DNA of 64,000 nt from Gemmatimonadota bacterium (GCA_037388885.1 JARRJS010000003.1:4422-68421); one strand, 5' to 3'; positions 27,867 through 37,566 are shown, counted from the stretch's first letter. Notes: a model not told the origin generated them from the sequence alone. Translations and numbers: made by a program.

Positions 27867-28577
27867 ATGTCACACAGCCAGCGCCAGAAGCGACACACGG
27901 ATCGAGGTACTCGTGCCTATGAACGCCTTCGCCAGTTGATCGTGCATGGTCAACTGGCTCCAGGCGCTTGGATTATCGAGAGTGACGTGGCCGACCGCCT
28001 GGGACTGAGCCGTACGCCTGTACGGGCAGCGCTGCAGCGATTGCATCAAGAGGGTTACGTGACCATCACGCGCCGCGGGCGGCAGGCGCGGGCTGCGGTG
28101 GCGCCCCTGACCCGGGAGGACGCGCGCGAATTGTTCGGGATGGTGGGCGCGATCGAGGCCTTCACGGCAGCGCGCACCGCGGAATTGCCGGACGGTCCCC
28201 GTGCCGCCGCCGCCGAGACCCTGGCCGCGCTGAACGGAGCGCTCGCGGAAGCCGCGGCCGCCAGCCGGCCCGAGCCCGCGCGCATCTTCGACCTGGATAT
28301 GACCTTTCACCGGCATTACGTAGAGGTCGGCGGAGGGCCCCGAACCATCGCGCTCCATGACGCCATCAAACCGCAATCTGAACGCTACATCCGCCTCTAT
28401 ACCAGCGCCCTGATCGACGAGATCGGGACTTCCGTGAAGGAGCATGAAGCCATTGTGGACGCCGTTCGCCGTGGTGATGTCGATGCGGCACGGGACGGAG
28501 TTCGAATCAACTGGGCCAACGCGAGCGGCCGGCTGAGCGGCGTCATCGACACGCACGGCGAAAAGGGCAGCTGGTAG
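27867..28577 (+). CDS. GntR-family transcriptional regulator (FadR-like, FCD C-terminal domain)
   Basis: A winged HTH (AYERLRQLIVHGQLAPGAWIIESDVADRLGLSRTPVRAALQRLHQEGYV) is followed by a helical effector domain of about 150 aa. Confidence 0.88.
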   Translation: MSHSQRQKRHTDRGTRAYERLRQLIVHGQLAPGAWIIESDVADRLGLSRTPVRAALQRLHQEGYVTITRRGRQARAAVAPLTREDARELFGMVGAIEAFTAARTAELPDGPRAAAAETLAALNGALAEAAAASRPEPARIFDLDMTFHRHYVEVGGGPRTIALHDAIKPQSERYIRLYTSALIDEIGTSVKEHEAIVDAVRRGDVDAARDGVRINWANASGRLSGVIDTHGEKGSW

Positions 28578-28651
28578 GGTTGTCCTCTCTTATTTGCGGT
28601 CCTTTGGACCAGTCGGTTCCTCATGCTTGTGGGCGCTGATCGCGTTCGGTA

Positions 28652-28663
28652 TTGTATACACTT
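28652..28663. promoter_or_regulatory. Candidate operator TTGTATACACTT (reverse complement of 13647..13658) upstream of the GNAT-permease-hydrolase operon
   Basis: It lies 57 nt upstream of the GNAT ATG. It overlaps a TTGACG -35-like hexamer (28663..28668). A degenerate direct copy GTACAC follows at 28668..28673. Confidence 0.45.
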
Positions 28664-28720
28664 TGACGTACACCGCGGGACGCAACTTGTCGATGGATCG
28701 TTGGGCCCAGGAGACAGCTG

Positions 28721-29587
28721 ATGAACGGAGGGGCAGCAGCGAGGGAAGGACTGTTGGAGCGCAGGGTGGAAATTCGTGCGTTGAAGACGCAGGAAGAGTT
28801 GAAGGCATGCGTGGCCTTGCAACGGGAGACGTGGGGCGACGACTATCACGACGTCGTGCCGGCGAGCATTCTACAGATCGCCCAGAAGGTGGGTGGTGTC
28901 GTGGCAGGTGCGTTCAACGAAAACGAGTTGGTCGGCTTCGTTTTCGGGCTGACGGGCACACGGCGAGGGCGCCTGGTGCATTGGTCGCACATGCTGGCGG
29001 TGAAGGACCGACTCCGGGACCAGGGCATCGGGCGGTATTTGAAGGAGTTCCAGCGTGACCGCTTGCGGGAGCAAGGCGTGGGCGTCATGCACTGGACGTT
29101 CGACCCGCTGGTGGCACGGAATGCTTACCTGAACTTGAAGCGGTTGGGCGTGGAGGTGGAGGAGTACGTGTGTGAAATGTACGGGGATACGGGCAGCGCC
29201 CTCCACCGTTTCGGCACGGATCGCTTCGTGGTGGGTTGGGAAACGTCCCGGAGGCCGGGGGGGCGCCTTGCAGAGGAGCAGAAGTGGCAGGATGCGCCTG
29301 TGCTGAACGGGCTGAAGGATGGAAGACGGGTCCCGGACGGCGGGCCCGTGCGGATCCAGATACCGTCGGATATCGAAGCCGTTTACGCGGATTCCCCGGC
29401 GGAGGCTATGCGTTGGCGGCGGACGACGCGGGATGCGTTCGAACAGTGTTTCGAGCAGGCTTACGGCGTCGCCGGCTTTCAACGGGAGAAGGTGAGCGGT
29501 CGTTGCTTTTATCTGCTTGAGCGGGGCGTGGATGGCGCGGGCAAGGTAGTGCAGTACGTGAGTCGCGGTTCGGGTGGCAAAGCGTGA
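28721..29587 (+). CDS. Large GNAT-superfamily acyltransferase (COG3375-like), cytoplasmic
   Basis: AGGAG lies 8 nt upstream. The 288-aa protein has a GNAT core (HMLAVKDRLRDQGIGRYLKEFQRDRLREQG) and no signal peptide. Confidence 0.65.
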   Translation: MNGGAAAREGLLERRVEIRALKTQEELKACVALQRETWGDDYHDVVPASILQIAQKVGGVVAGAFNENELVGFVFGLTGTRRGRLVHWSHMLAVKDRLRDQGIGRYLKEFQRDRLREQGVGVMHWTFDPLVARNAYLNLKRLGVEVEEYVCEMYGDTGSALHRFGTDRFVVGWETSRRPGGRLAEEQKWQDAPVLNGLKDGRRVPDGGPVRIQIPSDIEAVYADSPAEAMRWRRTTRDAFEQCFEQAYGVAGFQREKVSGRCFYLLERGVDGAGKVVQYVSRGSGGKA

Positions 29588-29630
29588 TCCGGACGCTGCA
29601 GGCCGACCGGGGAACGGAGTGCGGCCGGCC

Positions 29631-30977
29631 ATGACATCGACTGACAAGGGATTGACCCGAATCCTGGGATTCCACGATCTCCTGTTGATCGTCATGGGGA
29701 CGGTGATCGGATCCGGGATCTTCCTGGTGCCGGGTGCCGTGCTGCGCCAGACCGGCGGGCGTGTGGGGACGGCGTTGCTGGTGTGGCTGTTGGCGGGCGT
29801 GCTTTCGCTGCTCGGGGCGCTGACGTATGGCGAGCTGGGTGCGATGCAACCGGAGGTTGGCGGCCTCTACGTCTACATCCGGGACACGTTCGGTCCGCTG
29901 CCGGCGTTCCTATACGGCTGGACGCTGTTCTTTGTCATCAGCAGTGGGTCGGTGGCCACACTGGCCGTAGCGTTTGCTGCGTACCTGCAGCCATTCGTGG
30001 CCCTCGGTCCGGGTGCGCGGAAGCTGGTCGCCATCGCAATGGTCGCTGTGGTGGCGGCTGTGAACGTCAGGGGGACCGGGCAAAGTGCGCGAGTCCAGGG
30101 CTGGTCGACCGGCATCAAGGTGATCGCCCTGCTTGTCATGAGCGCCTTGCTGCTGGCCGTGGGCCGTGGGTTTGGTGGAGGTGTGCCGCTGTGGCCGACA
30201 CACGTCACAAGTTCGGTGCTGGCCGGTTTAGGGCCGGCGATGGTGGCGACGTTGTGGGCGTATGAGGGCTGGCAGTACGTCACGTTCTCCGCAGGCGAGA
30301 CGCGGGATCCGCAGCGTGTGTTCCCACGCGGGATCATCGCGGGTACGGCCGGGTTGATCGTCGTCTATCTGCTGGCCAACCTGGGCTATGTGGCGGCCCT
30401 GGGATCGCGGGGTGTCGCGGCGTCCGACAGCGTCGCCGCTGCAGCCGTGCAGGCGTTGTTCGGGTCGCGCGCCGCTCAGGTGGTCGCGCTAATCATCCTG
30501 ATCGCCATGTTCAGCGCGGCAAACGGTTTGACGCTGACGGCAACGCGTGTCTACTACGCCATGGCCCGTGATCGGCTCTTCTTTCGCCGGTTGGCGGAAG
30601 TGCATCCCCGTTTCGGCACGCCTGCTTTCGCCATTCTGCTCAGCTCTGCCTGGGCGATGCTGCTGGCATTGACCGGCACGTTCGATGAGTTGTTGACCTA
30701 CGTGGTCTTCACCGGTTGGATATTTTACGCGCTCGCTGCCTTGAGCATCTTCGGCTATCGACGCTCGAAGCCCGATGCGCCTCGGCCCTTCCGCGTACCC
30801 GGGTATCCGTGGACCCCGATACTCTTCGTGCTCTCCGCCCTGGGAATCGTCCTGAACACACTGTTCGTTCAGCCAAAACAGGCGCTCGCCGGCATCGCCG
30901 TGGTGCTGGTGGGTGTGCCTGCGTTCCTGATGTGGCGCCGCCGCGGCATGTCTTCCCGCCCAGCGGCCGATGGCTGA
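29631..30977 (+). CDS. APC-superfamily amino-acid permease
   Basis: About 12 TM segments are predicted. The N-terminal signature is LLIVMGTVIGSGIFLVPGAVL. The stop overlaps the next start (TGATG). Confidence 0.88.
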   Translation: MTSTDKGLTRILGFHDLLLIVMGTVIGSGIFLVPGAVLRQTGGRVGTALLVWLLAGVLSLLGALTYGELGAMQPEVGGLYVYIRDTFGPLPAFLYGWTLFFVISSGSVATLAVAFAAYLQPFVALGPGARKLVAIAMVAVVAAVNVRGTGQSARVQGWSTGIKVIALLVMSALLLAVGRGFGGGVPLWPTHVTSSVLAGLGPAMVATLWAYEGWQYVTFSAGETRDPQRVFPRGIIAGTAGLIVVYLLANLGYVAALGSRGVAASDSVAAAAVQALFGSRAAQVVALIILIAMFSAANGLTLTATRVYYAMARDRLFFRRLAEVHPRFGTPAFAILLSSAWAMLLALTGTFDELLTYVVFTGWIFYALAALSIFGYRRSKPDAPRPFRVPGYPWTPILFVLSALGIVLNTLFVQPKQALAGIAVVLVGVPAFLMWRRRGMSSRPAADG

Positions 30978-32359
30978 TGCGGCCCCGATCTGAGGGGTCG
31001 AAACGATCCCGCCCGCGCGCCGGCGTGACACGTGCGGGTGGGACCCTGCCCGTCTGGATCTGCGGTGTGGCTGCGGTCTCCGTATCGCTGGTCTTCGGTT
31101 GTTCGTCGAAGGACGTGTCAACCCTGGTGACCCCGCCGGACACGACAACGGTCGCTCCGATCGTCGTCACGGGCGTGGCGGAACCGGGCATGGCCAGCTA
31201 CGACACCGTGATCAGCTCTTTGATGCGTGAATACAACATCCCGGGCGGAGCGGTGGGGGTGGTGAAGGACGGGAAGTTGGTGTTCGCCCATGGGTACGGG
31301 TACGCGGACGTGGCGAACCAGGTCTCGGTGAAGCCGGATGCACTCTTTCGGCTGGCGAGCCTGTCGAAAGCAATCACGGCGGCGACGATCCTGCACCTCG
31401 TGGAGGAGGGGGTGTTGGGGTTGGACGACCCAGCATTCTCTTACCTCTCGGATCTGAGCCCACCGACAGGGAAGACGGAGGATGCCCGGCTGTCGCGCAT
31501 CACGATCCGGCAATTGTTGCAGCACTCGGGTGGTTGGGACCGCGATGCGACGTTCGACCCCATGTTCGAGTCGACGATGATCGCCGACTCGTTGGGCGTG
31601 GCGGCGCCGGCGTCGGCGGATGACGTGATCCGGTACATGACGGGTCGACCGCTGGATTTCGACCCGGGGGTGAGGTACGCGTATTCGAATTTCGGCTACG
31701 TGGTGCTGGGGGCGATTATCCAGCGGCTGACGGGAGAGCCGTACGTCGACTACGTAAAAGCGCAGGTCTTGCAGAACATGGGTATTCAGCGCATGGCGCA
31801 GGGCCACACCCTGCTGAAGGATTCCGTGCCAGGTGAGGTGCGCTATTACGCGGTGGGCGGGCAGGGTCTGGACTATCCGCTGGTCCAGTCGGTCTTCCCG
31901 GGGCAGGGGCTCGTGCCGCAAGCGTATGGCGGTTTCTACATGGAAGCCATGGCCGCGAATGGTGGTTGGGTGTCGAACACCATGGATCTGCTGCGCTTCA
32001 TCACGTCGGTGGACGGATTGCACAACCGGCCGCAGTTCCTGGCGGATTCGACGATTCGGCAGATGATCGCTCAGCCCACCGCTAACAACACCTGGCCGCC
32101 GGGCTCGGCTTACTGGTATGCCATGGGTTGGTTGGTGCGGCCGTCCAACGGGGATGCCAACTGGTGGCACACTGGGGGCTTGCCCGGGACGACGACGGAG
32201 ATGGTGCGTGCCTATAATGGAGTGGAGTGGGTGGCCCTCTTCAACGCCCGGGCGGTGAACGACGCCGGCTTCACGGCGGCCCTGGACAACAGTCTGTGGA
32301 CGGCACTGCAGGGTGTTACTTCATGGCCCACCACGGACCTCTTCCCGCAATATCCCTGA
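30977..32359 (+). CDS. Exported lipoprotein serine hydrolase, beta-lactamase/R61 DD-peptidase fold
   Basis: The ATG overlaps the permease stop codon. Lipobox LVFGC is present, with SxxK (ASLSK), YxN (AYSN) and HxG (WHTGG). Confidence 0.85.
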   Translation: MRPRSEGSKRSRPRAGVTRAGGTLPVWICGVAAVSVSLVFGCSSKDVSTLVTPPDTTTVAPIVVTGVAEPGMASYDTVISSLMREYNIPGGAVGVVKDGKLVFAHGYGYADVANQVSVKPDALFRLASLSKAITAATILHLVEEGVLGLDDPAFSYLSDLSPPTGKTEDARLSRITIRQLLQHSGGWDRDATFDPMFESTMIADSLGVAAPASADDVIRYMTGRPLDFDPGVRYAYSNFGYVVLGAIIQRLTGEPYVDYVKAQVLQNMGIQRMAQGHTLLKDSVPGEVRYYAVGGQGLDYPLVQSVFPGQGLVPQAYGGFYMEAMAANGGWVSNTMDLLRFITSVDGLHNRPQFLADSTIRQMIAQPTANNTWPPGSAYWYAMGWLVRPSNGDANWWHTGGLPGTTTEMVRAYNGVEWVALFNARAVNDAGFTAALDNSLWTALQGVTSWPTTDLFPQYP

Positions 32360-32449
32360 CAAGCAGGGTTCGACTAACGGCGCTGGCGTCAGCTTCCTGT
32401 TCTTTCGGACTGAACGACGGCACAGGTGTGTCCAAGCGCCCCCTGGACG

Positions 32450-34867
32450 CTACGCTGTCCCGCTCCGACTTTGCGCGTCCAGGACCTCCCGCACCGCTCT
32501 GAGCAGGTCTTCGATATCCCACGGCTTCGCAATGAACGGTGCTGCCACGCGGGCAAGGGGACCCACTGACACGTCCTGCGAGTAGCCACTCGAGATCAAG
32601 AAGCTCGGTGCGTTCGGACTTTCCTGGATCGCTGCGTGCAACTCGGCGCCGCTCATCCGAGGCATGATGGCATCCGAGATGACGAGGTCCACATCGGAGG
32701 CGTTGGCTCTGTACAGGTCGAGTCCTTCACGGCCGTTTCTTGCCAACAAGACGGTGTATCCGTGTCTCTCCAACACGCGCCGTGCGATATCTGCCACGGC
32801 GTCGTCGTCCTCCACGAGCAGGATGGTTTCGGTCCCTTCCGTGACGGTGTCTCTTTGCCGGACATTCGTCAGCACAGTCATCGCAGCATCCGCGGAAGGG
32901 AAGTACAGGCAAATCTCCGTGCCGTGGCCGGGAGTGCTTGTCAGCTTCACCATTCCGCCATGCTGTCTCAGGAGCGATTGGACCATCGCCATGCCCAGGC
33001 CGGTGCCCCGCTCAGCAGACTTTGTGGTGAAGAACGGCTCGAAGACTCTCCCCTGTGTTTCATCGTCCATGCCCACGCCCGTATCGGCCACGGTCACCAG
33101 CACGTAATCACCCGGCGTAACCCAGGGCGACGCCCTGCAATCGCGTTCCGAGAGACGTGCCTTTTCCACGCCGATGCTCAGCACTCCGCCCTCCGGCATG
33201 GCGTCGCGAGCATTGGCGGCCAGATTGAGGAGCACCTGATGCACCGAGGCGTCATCAACCAGAGCGACCTTGGGCGGGTTGTCAATCGCCAGTTGCACCT
33301 CGATGTCTTCGGGGATCAACCTTCGCAGCATCTCCGCGGCATTCCGAACGGACTCGTTGAGGTCCGTGGGCGCGAACTTGAAATCGGCACGTCGGCTCAG
33401 ACTCAGGAGCTGCTGGACGATTGCAGCACCGCGGTGGGCGGCCGAGGTGATCTCATCGAACGTTTTCCGAAGCGGCTCCTGTTCTGACGCGTCCGTCTTG
33501 CCCAGCTGCGCATTGGCGAGGATCACGGACAGCACGTTTCTGAAATCGTGCGCGATCCCGGTGGTAAGCTGGCCCACGGTCTCCATCTTCTGTGACTGGC
33601 GCAACTGGTCTTCGAGCTTCTTGTGCCCGGTGAGATCCTGAAATGCCGTGATGACCTGTTCTTCGCCCTCGAACCGGATCACGTTGGCAGACAACAGGCC
33701 GTGATGCTCGGTCCCATCACGGGAGTGGAGCGTTGTCTCGCGAGCAATGACCGATCCCTGACCCAGTTCTTCCACGACAGCCGTTCGGTTCGCACCCTTG
33801 GGCCACAAGCCGAATCCTCCAACCTTCTTGCCGAGCACCTCGTCTTTCTTCCAGCCGAACGTCCTCTTCCAGGCGTCATTGATGTCCAGGAGCACCGCGG
33901 AGACGCGATTGTAGATCATCTTGGGCAACGGGCTCGCCTGGAATACGAGCCGGAATCGTGCTTCGCTCGACCGAAGCGCTTCGACGATGCGTCGCTGCTC
34001 ATCGAACAGCGTCGCCAGCAGGAGATTGACGGACCCGAGGACGAGAATGAGGCGGTAAAGCTGTAGCAGCGACTCGTGTTGACTGGACGCGATGAACTGA
34101 GACTGGCCGTGCGCCGTTTGCCAGATGGCCACGAAGCTCACCATGGCAACGGCCACGGCGGTCATGCGCAGATCGAAACGCACCGCCACGAGGAAAAGCA
34201 CAGCGAAGGGAAGAAACGGGTATCCGTTCCGGGGGTTGAAGGCGATCCGCGCGACCACGACGGTCGCCACCAGCATCACGACACCTTCCACCAGACGCCA
34301 AGTGCTCGGACGCCGCCAAGGCCGGGCGAGGAAGGTGAGAAGCAACGGAGTGACCAGGACAATTCCCGCTGCATCTCCCAGGTACCAGGTGCTCCACGAC
34401 CAGGCTGCTTGGCCTTTGGGAATCAACCGCGCCGCCGTCAGGGCCGGCACACCGATGCTCGGGCTAATCGCCGCGGCGGCGACTCCGGCCACGAGCCACA
34501 GCTTGAGCAGGTCGGCTACCGAATCGACGCTCGTCCTGAATCCGACAGCCCGTAATGCAACAGCCCCCGCCACGGCCTGGAGCATGACGCCCACCCCCGC
34601 GGCCGTGGCAGCCCACCACGGTGCGCCGGTCCAAAGACTGACCACCGTGCCGGCAACAAGGAATACGACCCAGTATGACGTGCCGAAGACCAGCAAACCG
34701 GCGAGAGCCACCGCGCTGGCCGGCCAGACGGGCGACACGTTCCCGTGAATGGCGGCAAAATGCAAACCACAGACAGCGACAGCACAGTATGCCAGAAACA
34801 AGACCACGGCGATGAAACCACGACGTCGCCAAGACCCGGCGACGGACCATTTTTCGATAGCGCCCAT
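32450..34867 (-). CDS. Hybrid sensor histidine kinase (MASE1-like membrane domain, PAS, HisKA, HATPase, receiver)
   Basis: The start is ATG 34867. A polytopic N-terminus is followed by a PAS region, the H-box GIAHDFRNVL and the G-box GTGLGMAMV. The C-terminal receiver contains LLVEDDD...VISDAIMP. Confidence 0.88.
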   Translation of the reverse strand: MGAIEKWSVAGSWRRRGFIAVVLFLAYCAVAVCGLHFAAIHGNVSPVWPASAVALAGLLVFGTSYWVVFLVAGTVVSLWTGAPWWAATAAGVGVMLQAVAGAVALRAVGFRTSVDSVADLLKLWLVAGVAAAAISPSIGVPALTAARLIPKGQAAWSWSTWYLGDAAGIVLVTPLLLTFLARPWRRPSTWRLVEGVVMLVATVVVARIAFNPRNGYPFLPFAVLFLVAVRFDLRMTAVAVAMVSFVAIWQTAHGQSQFIASSQHESLLQLYRLILVLGSVNLLLATLFDEQRRIVEALRSSEARFRLVFQASPLPKMIYNRVSAVLLDINDAWKRTFGWKKDEVLGKKVGGFGLWPKGANRTAVVEELGQGSVIARETTLHSRDGTEHHGLLSANVIRFEGEEQVITAFQDLTGHKKLEDQLRQSQKMETVGQLTTGIAHDFRNVLSVILANAQLGKTDASEQEPLRKTFDEITSAAHRGAAIVQQLLSLSRRADFKFAPTDLNESVRNAAEMLRRLIPEDIEVQLAIDNPPKVALVDDASVHQVLLNLAANARDAMPEGGVLSIGVEKARLSERDCRASPWVTPGDYVLVTVADTGVGMDDETQGRVFEPFFTTKSAERGTGLGMAMVQSLLRQHGGMVKLTSTPGHGTEICLYFPSADAAMTVLTNVRQRDTVTEGTETILLVEDDDAVADIARRVLERHGYTVLLARNGREGLDLYRANASDVDLVISDAIMPRMSGAELHAAIQESPNAPSFLISSGYSQDVSVGPLARVAAPFIAKPWDIEDLLRAVREVLDAQSRSGTA

Positions 34868-35115
34868 GGAGATTTCGTGGTTGGGTCGGATGGAACCGTG
34901 TACAGGGGCGGCCCCGCGTCCCGCATTGGCAAAACAACAGTAAAGACTGAAGGCCGTACCGCGCAATCAATTTCAACAATGGTTGGCAACAATGCCGTAT
35001 CGACGGCCGCCCGTTCCTTGTTCCGGTCGGGCCTGCGGCACATCGTACGGAACGTCGCATGCGTGGCTGCACCCGTCGACACGGCTGCGCATGATACCTC
35101 TGCGGGAGGCACACT

Positions 35116-35586
35116 ATGGATGATCCATTGCGCCAGTTCCTGGCAAACACGCTCGACTGGCAACAAGCGCACGCGCGCTTCGACTCGGCGATTGCCGACC
35201 TGCCGCCCGGGCTGCGTGGCGAGCGGCCTGAAGGCTCGCCGCACTCGGTCTGGGAGCTGGTGGAGCACATCCGGCTGACACAACGCGATATCCTGGACTT
35301 CTGCCGCGACGAGCACTACCAGGAGCGGAGCTGGCCGGACGATTACTGGCCGTCGTCCCCGGCGCCGTCGTCGTCCTCCGCTTGGGATGACAGCGTGGCG
35401 GCGTACCACGAGGACATCGATGCGTTCAAGGCCCTGGTGCTGGACGTCGACTTCGACCTGTTCGCGACGGTGCCATGGGGCTCGGGCCAGACGAACATCC
35501 GCGAGGTCGTGCTGGTGGTGGACCACACGGCCTACCACGTGGGCCAGATCGTGCTGGTGCGGCGGCTGCTCGGGGCGTGGGGCTGA
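35116..35586 (+). CDS. DinB-superfamily protein
   Basis: The 156-aa protein is a four-helix-bundle type, with HSVWELVEHIRLTQRDIL and DHTAYHVGQIVLVRR motifs. Confidence 0.6.
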   Translation: MDDPLRQFLANTLDWQQAHARFDSAIADLPPGLRGERPEGSPHSVWELVEHIRLTQRDILDFCRDEHYQERSWPDDYWPSSPAPSSSSAWDDSVAAYHEDIDAFKALVLDVDFDLFATVPWGSGQTNIREVVLVVDHTAYHVGQIVLVRRLLGAWG

Positions 35587-35878
35587 CGGCAACTCCGGCG
35601 GGCACTTGTCGGGAGGGCGGTGAGGCGGCTGCTCGAGTCGGGCCCGGGAACACGCTTCTCTCGGTTTCCGCTCGCTCCATCCCCTGGAGCGGGCCCGACC
35701 CGACGCTTCACGCTGGCCGAGCCCTGAATCCGCGGCCGGCCAGCGGCCGCCGGGGACAGGATAGGAAGATCCCGCCGGGAACCGATTATTGCATCGTCCG
35801 CGCTCGAATGGTCTGGTGGATTCACGGTGACGGCGCATGCGCCGTTGCTCATGCGGGGGAAACTCGAAAGGGAACGGC

Positions 35879-36694
35879 ATGCCGAACGGCTTCTGGCTGG
35901 GTCCGCTGCACATCCGTTTCTACAGCCTTCTGATCCTGACCGGCGCGTTGCTAGGTGGGTGGGTGGCGAGTCGCGAAGCGGCGCGGCGTGGCCACGATCC
36001 GGAAATTCTGTGGGATCTGCTCCTGTGGCTCATGGTGGGCGGGGTAGTGGGGGCCCGGCTCTGGCACATCTTCTCGCCGATGCCCTCCTCGGTGGCGGGT
36101 GGCATCACGACGATGTACTACCTGACGCACCCGCTGGAGGCGATCGCCATCTGGCATGGCGGGTTGGGAATTCCCGGGGGCGTGATCGGAGGGCTGGTCG
36201 CCCTGTATCTCTACGTGCACCGCAAGAAGTTGAAATTCGCCGAATGGGCCGATATCTGCGCGCCGGGCCTGGCGCTCGGCCAGGCCATCGGGCGCTGGGG
36301 CAATTTCTTCAACCAGGAGCTGTACGGGCCGCCCACCAACCTGCCGTGGAAAATCTACATCGATCCCCGCCATCGCCTGCCCATGTTCGCAAACGACGCG
36401 TACTACCAACCGCTCTTTCTCTATGAGTCGATCTGGGACCTCGCCAACATGGCGTTTCTGCTGTGGCTGGTCCGGCGGCACGGGGAAGGGCTGCGGACGG
36501 GTGACGTGTTCCTGGTCTACATGATGGTGTACGGCGTTGGTCGGTTCCTGCTCGAGTTCATCCGTGTGGACGCATCGCGCGTCGCGGGCATCAATTTCAA
36601 CCAGACGGTGATGGCCGTGGTGGTGGCGGGCGCGACGATCGCGCTGGCCTGGCGCCGCCGCAGACGAGACTCCGGGGCACCGTCACGAGGTTGA
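35879..36694 (+). CDS. lgt: Prolipoprotein diacylglyceryl transferase
   Basis: The Lgt signature is recognisable: GLGIPGGVIGG and GQAIGRWGNFFNQELYGPPTNLPW. The protein is a multi-TM membrane protein. Confidence 0.92.
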   Translation: MPNGFWLGPLHIRFYSLLILTGALLGGWVASREAARRGHDPEILWDLLLWLMVGGVVGARLWHIFSPMPSSVAGGITTMYYLTHPLEAIAIWHGGLGIPGGVIGGLVALYLYVHRKKLKFAEWADICAPGLALGQAIGRWGNFFNQELYGPPTNLPWKIYIDPRHRLPMFANDAYYQPLFLYESIWDLANMAFLLWLVRRHGEGLRTGDVFLVYMMVYGVGRFLLEFIRVDASRVAGINFNQTVMAVVVAGATIALAWRRRRRDSGAPSRG

Positions 36695-36781
36695 CGGCCG
36701 ACAACGCTGCGGTCCCGTCGCCGTCATTGCGTGAAGGACGCTTCATGTGCGTTTCACCACAATCTCATGCAAAGCATGGAA

Positions 36782-36815
36782 AAGCGCCCGGGTCTCGAAA
36801 GAGAACCGGGCGCTT
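36782..36815. terminator. Bidirectional terminator-type hairpin between convergent lgt and bactofilin genes
   Basis: AAGCGCCCGGGTCTC-gaaa-GAGAACCGGGCGCTT forms a 15-position stem with one mismatch and a GAAA loop. Confidence 0.55.
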
Positions 36816-36848
36816 CCGCGTTGACGGCGCTGGCGTGGTTCCAGGCGC

Positions 36849-37271
36849 TCAGACTTTTCCGGACGAGGGAAGGGCAATGCCGAGCCGGCCGTGGAGCGCC
36901 GCGCCCTCAGCGACCGCCATTCGCGGCGAGACGATGTCCCCGTCGACCGATCCCGTCTCGCCGACCTCTACGATCCGTTCTGCGGTTATCGTGCCCAGCA
37001 CCGCGCCGTGAACCGCCACCGACCGGGCGACGATGTTGCCCCGTATGCGGGCACGGGGCGCAACGACGACCATGTGCTCCTTCGCAATGACATCACCCTC
37101 GATCTGGCCTGCGATGGTCATGTCCTCGAGGCTGGTCAGATTGCCCTTGATGACGATGGACGCGCCAATCCACGCCGCGACGCGTCGCTCCTCCTGCCCA
37201 TGACCTCTGACCATCTGTCCTCGACGCGGCTGTTTGCTATCGTCCGAGTCGCGTGCGTTCTTGGCGAACAT
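36849..37271 (-). CDS. Bactofilin (polymer-forming cytoskeletal protein)
   Basis: The beta-helix repeat pattern is IKGNLTSLEDMTIAGQIEGDVIAKEHMVVVAPRARIRGNIVARSVAVHGAVLGTITA...VDGDIVSPRMAVAEGAALHGRL. Confidence 0.85.
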   Translation of the reverse strand: MFAKNARDSDDSKQPRRGQMVRGHGQEERRVAAWIGASIVIKGNLTSLEDMTIAGQIEGDVIAKEHMVVVAPRARIRGNIVARSVAVHGAVLGTITAERIVEVGETGSVDGDIVSPRMAVAEGAALHGRLGIALPSSGKV

Positions 37272-37566
37272 GTACGGCTCCGAACTCGTTCAGGCGAAGG
37301 CCAGGGACCTCGTCGGCGAGATCCCGTTGGATCCGATAACATGCCCTACCCGAGCGGGTATGTCGAGAGAGCCGCGCTCCGGTCCCGTCATCAGCGAGTT
37401 GGTGCGGGCGGCTCCAGGATTTGTTCTTGGGGTCCTTCGTGGGATCTGTTCCGTGAGATGAGTGGGGAATCCCGATAGATGCACGGGACGACAATCACAA
37501 CCGGCAGGCGCGGGCCGCCGCAGACTTCGTCCGGGGACGTTCGGCGCCGGATCTGCCGGCCGTGTT

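Noticed and set aside
35830-35845. Perfect 16-bp palindrome ACGGCGCATGCGCCGT about 35 nt upstream of lgt
   Set aside because: About one perfect 16-bp palindrome is expected by chance in 64 kb, and more in GC-biased DNA. I saw no second copy and no associated regulator, so I do not report it as a site.
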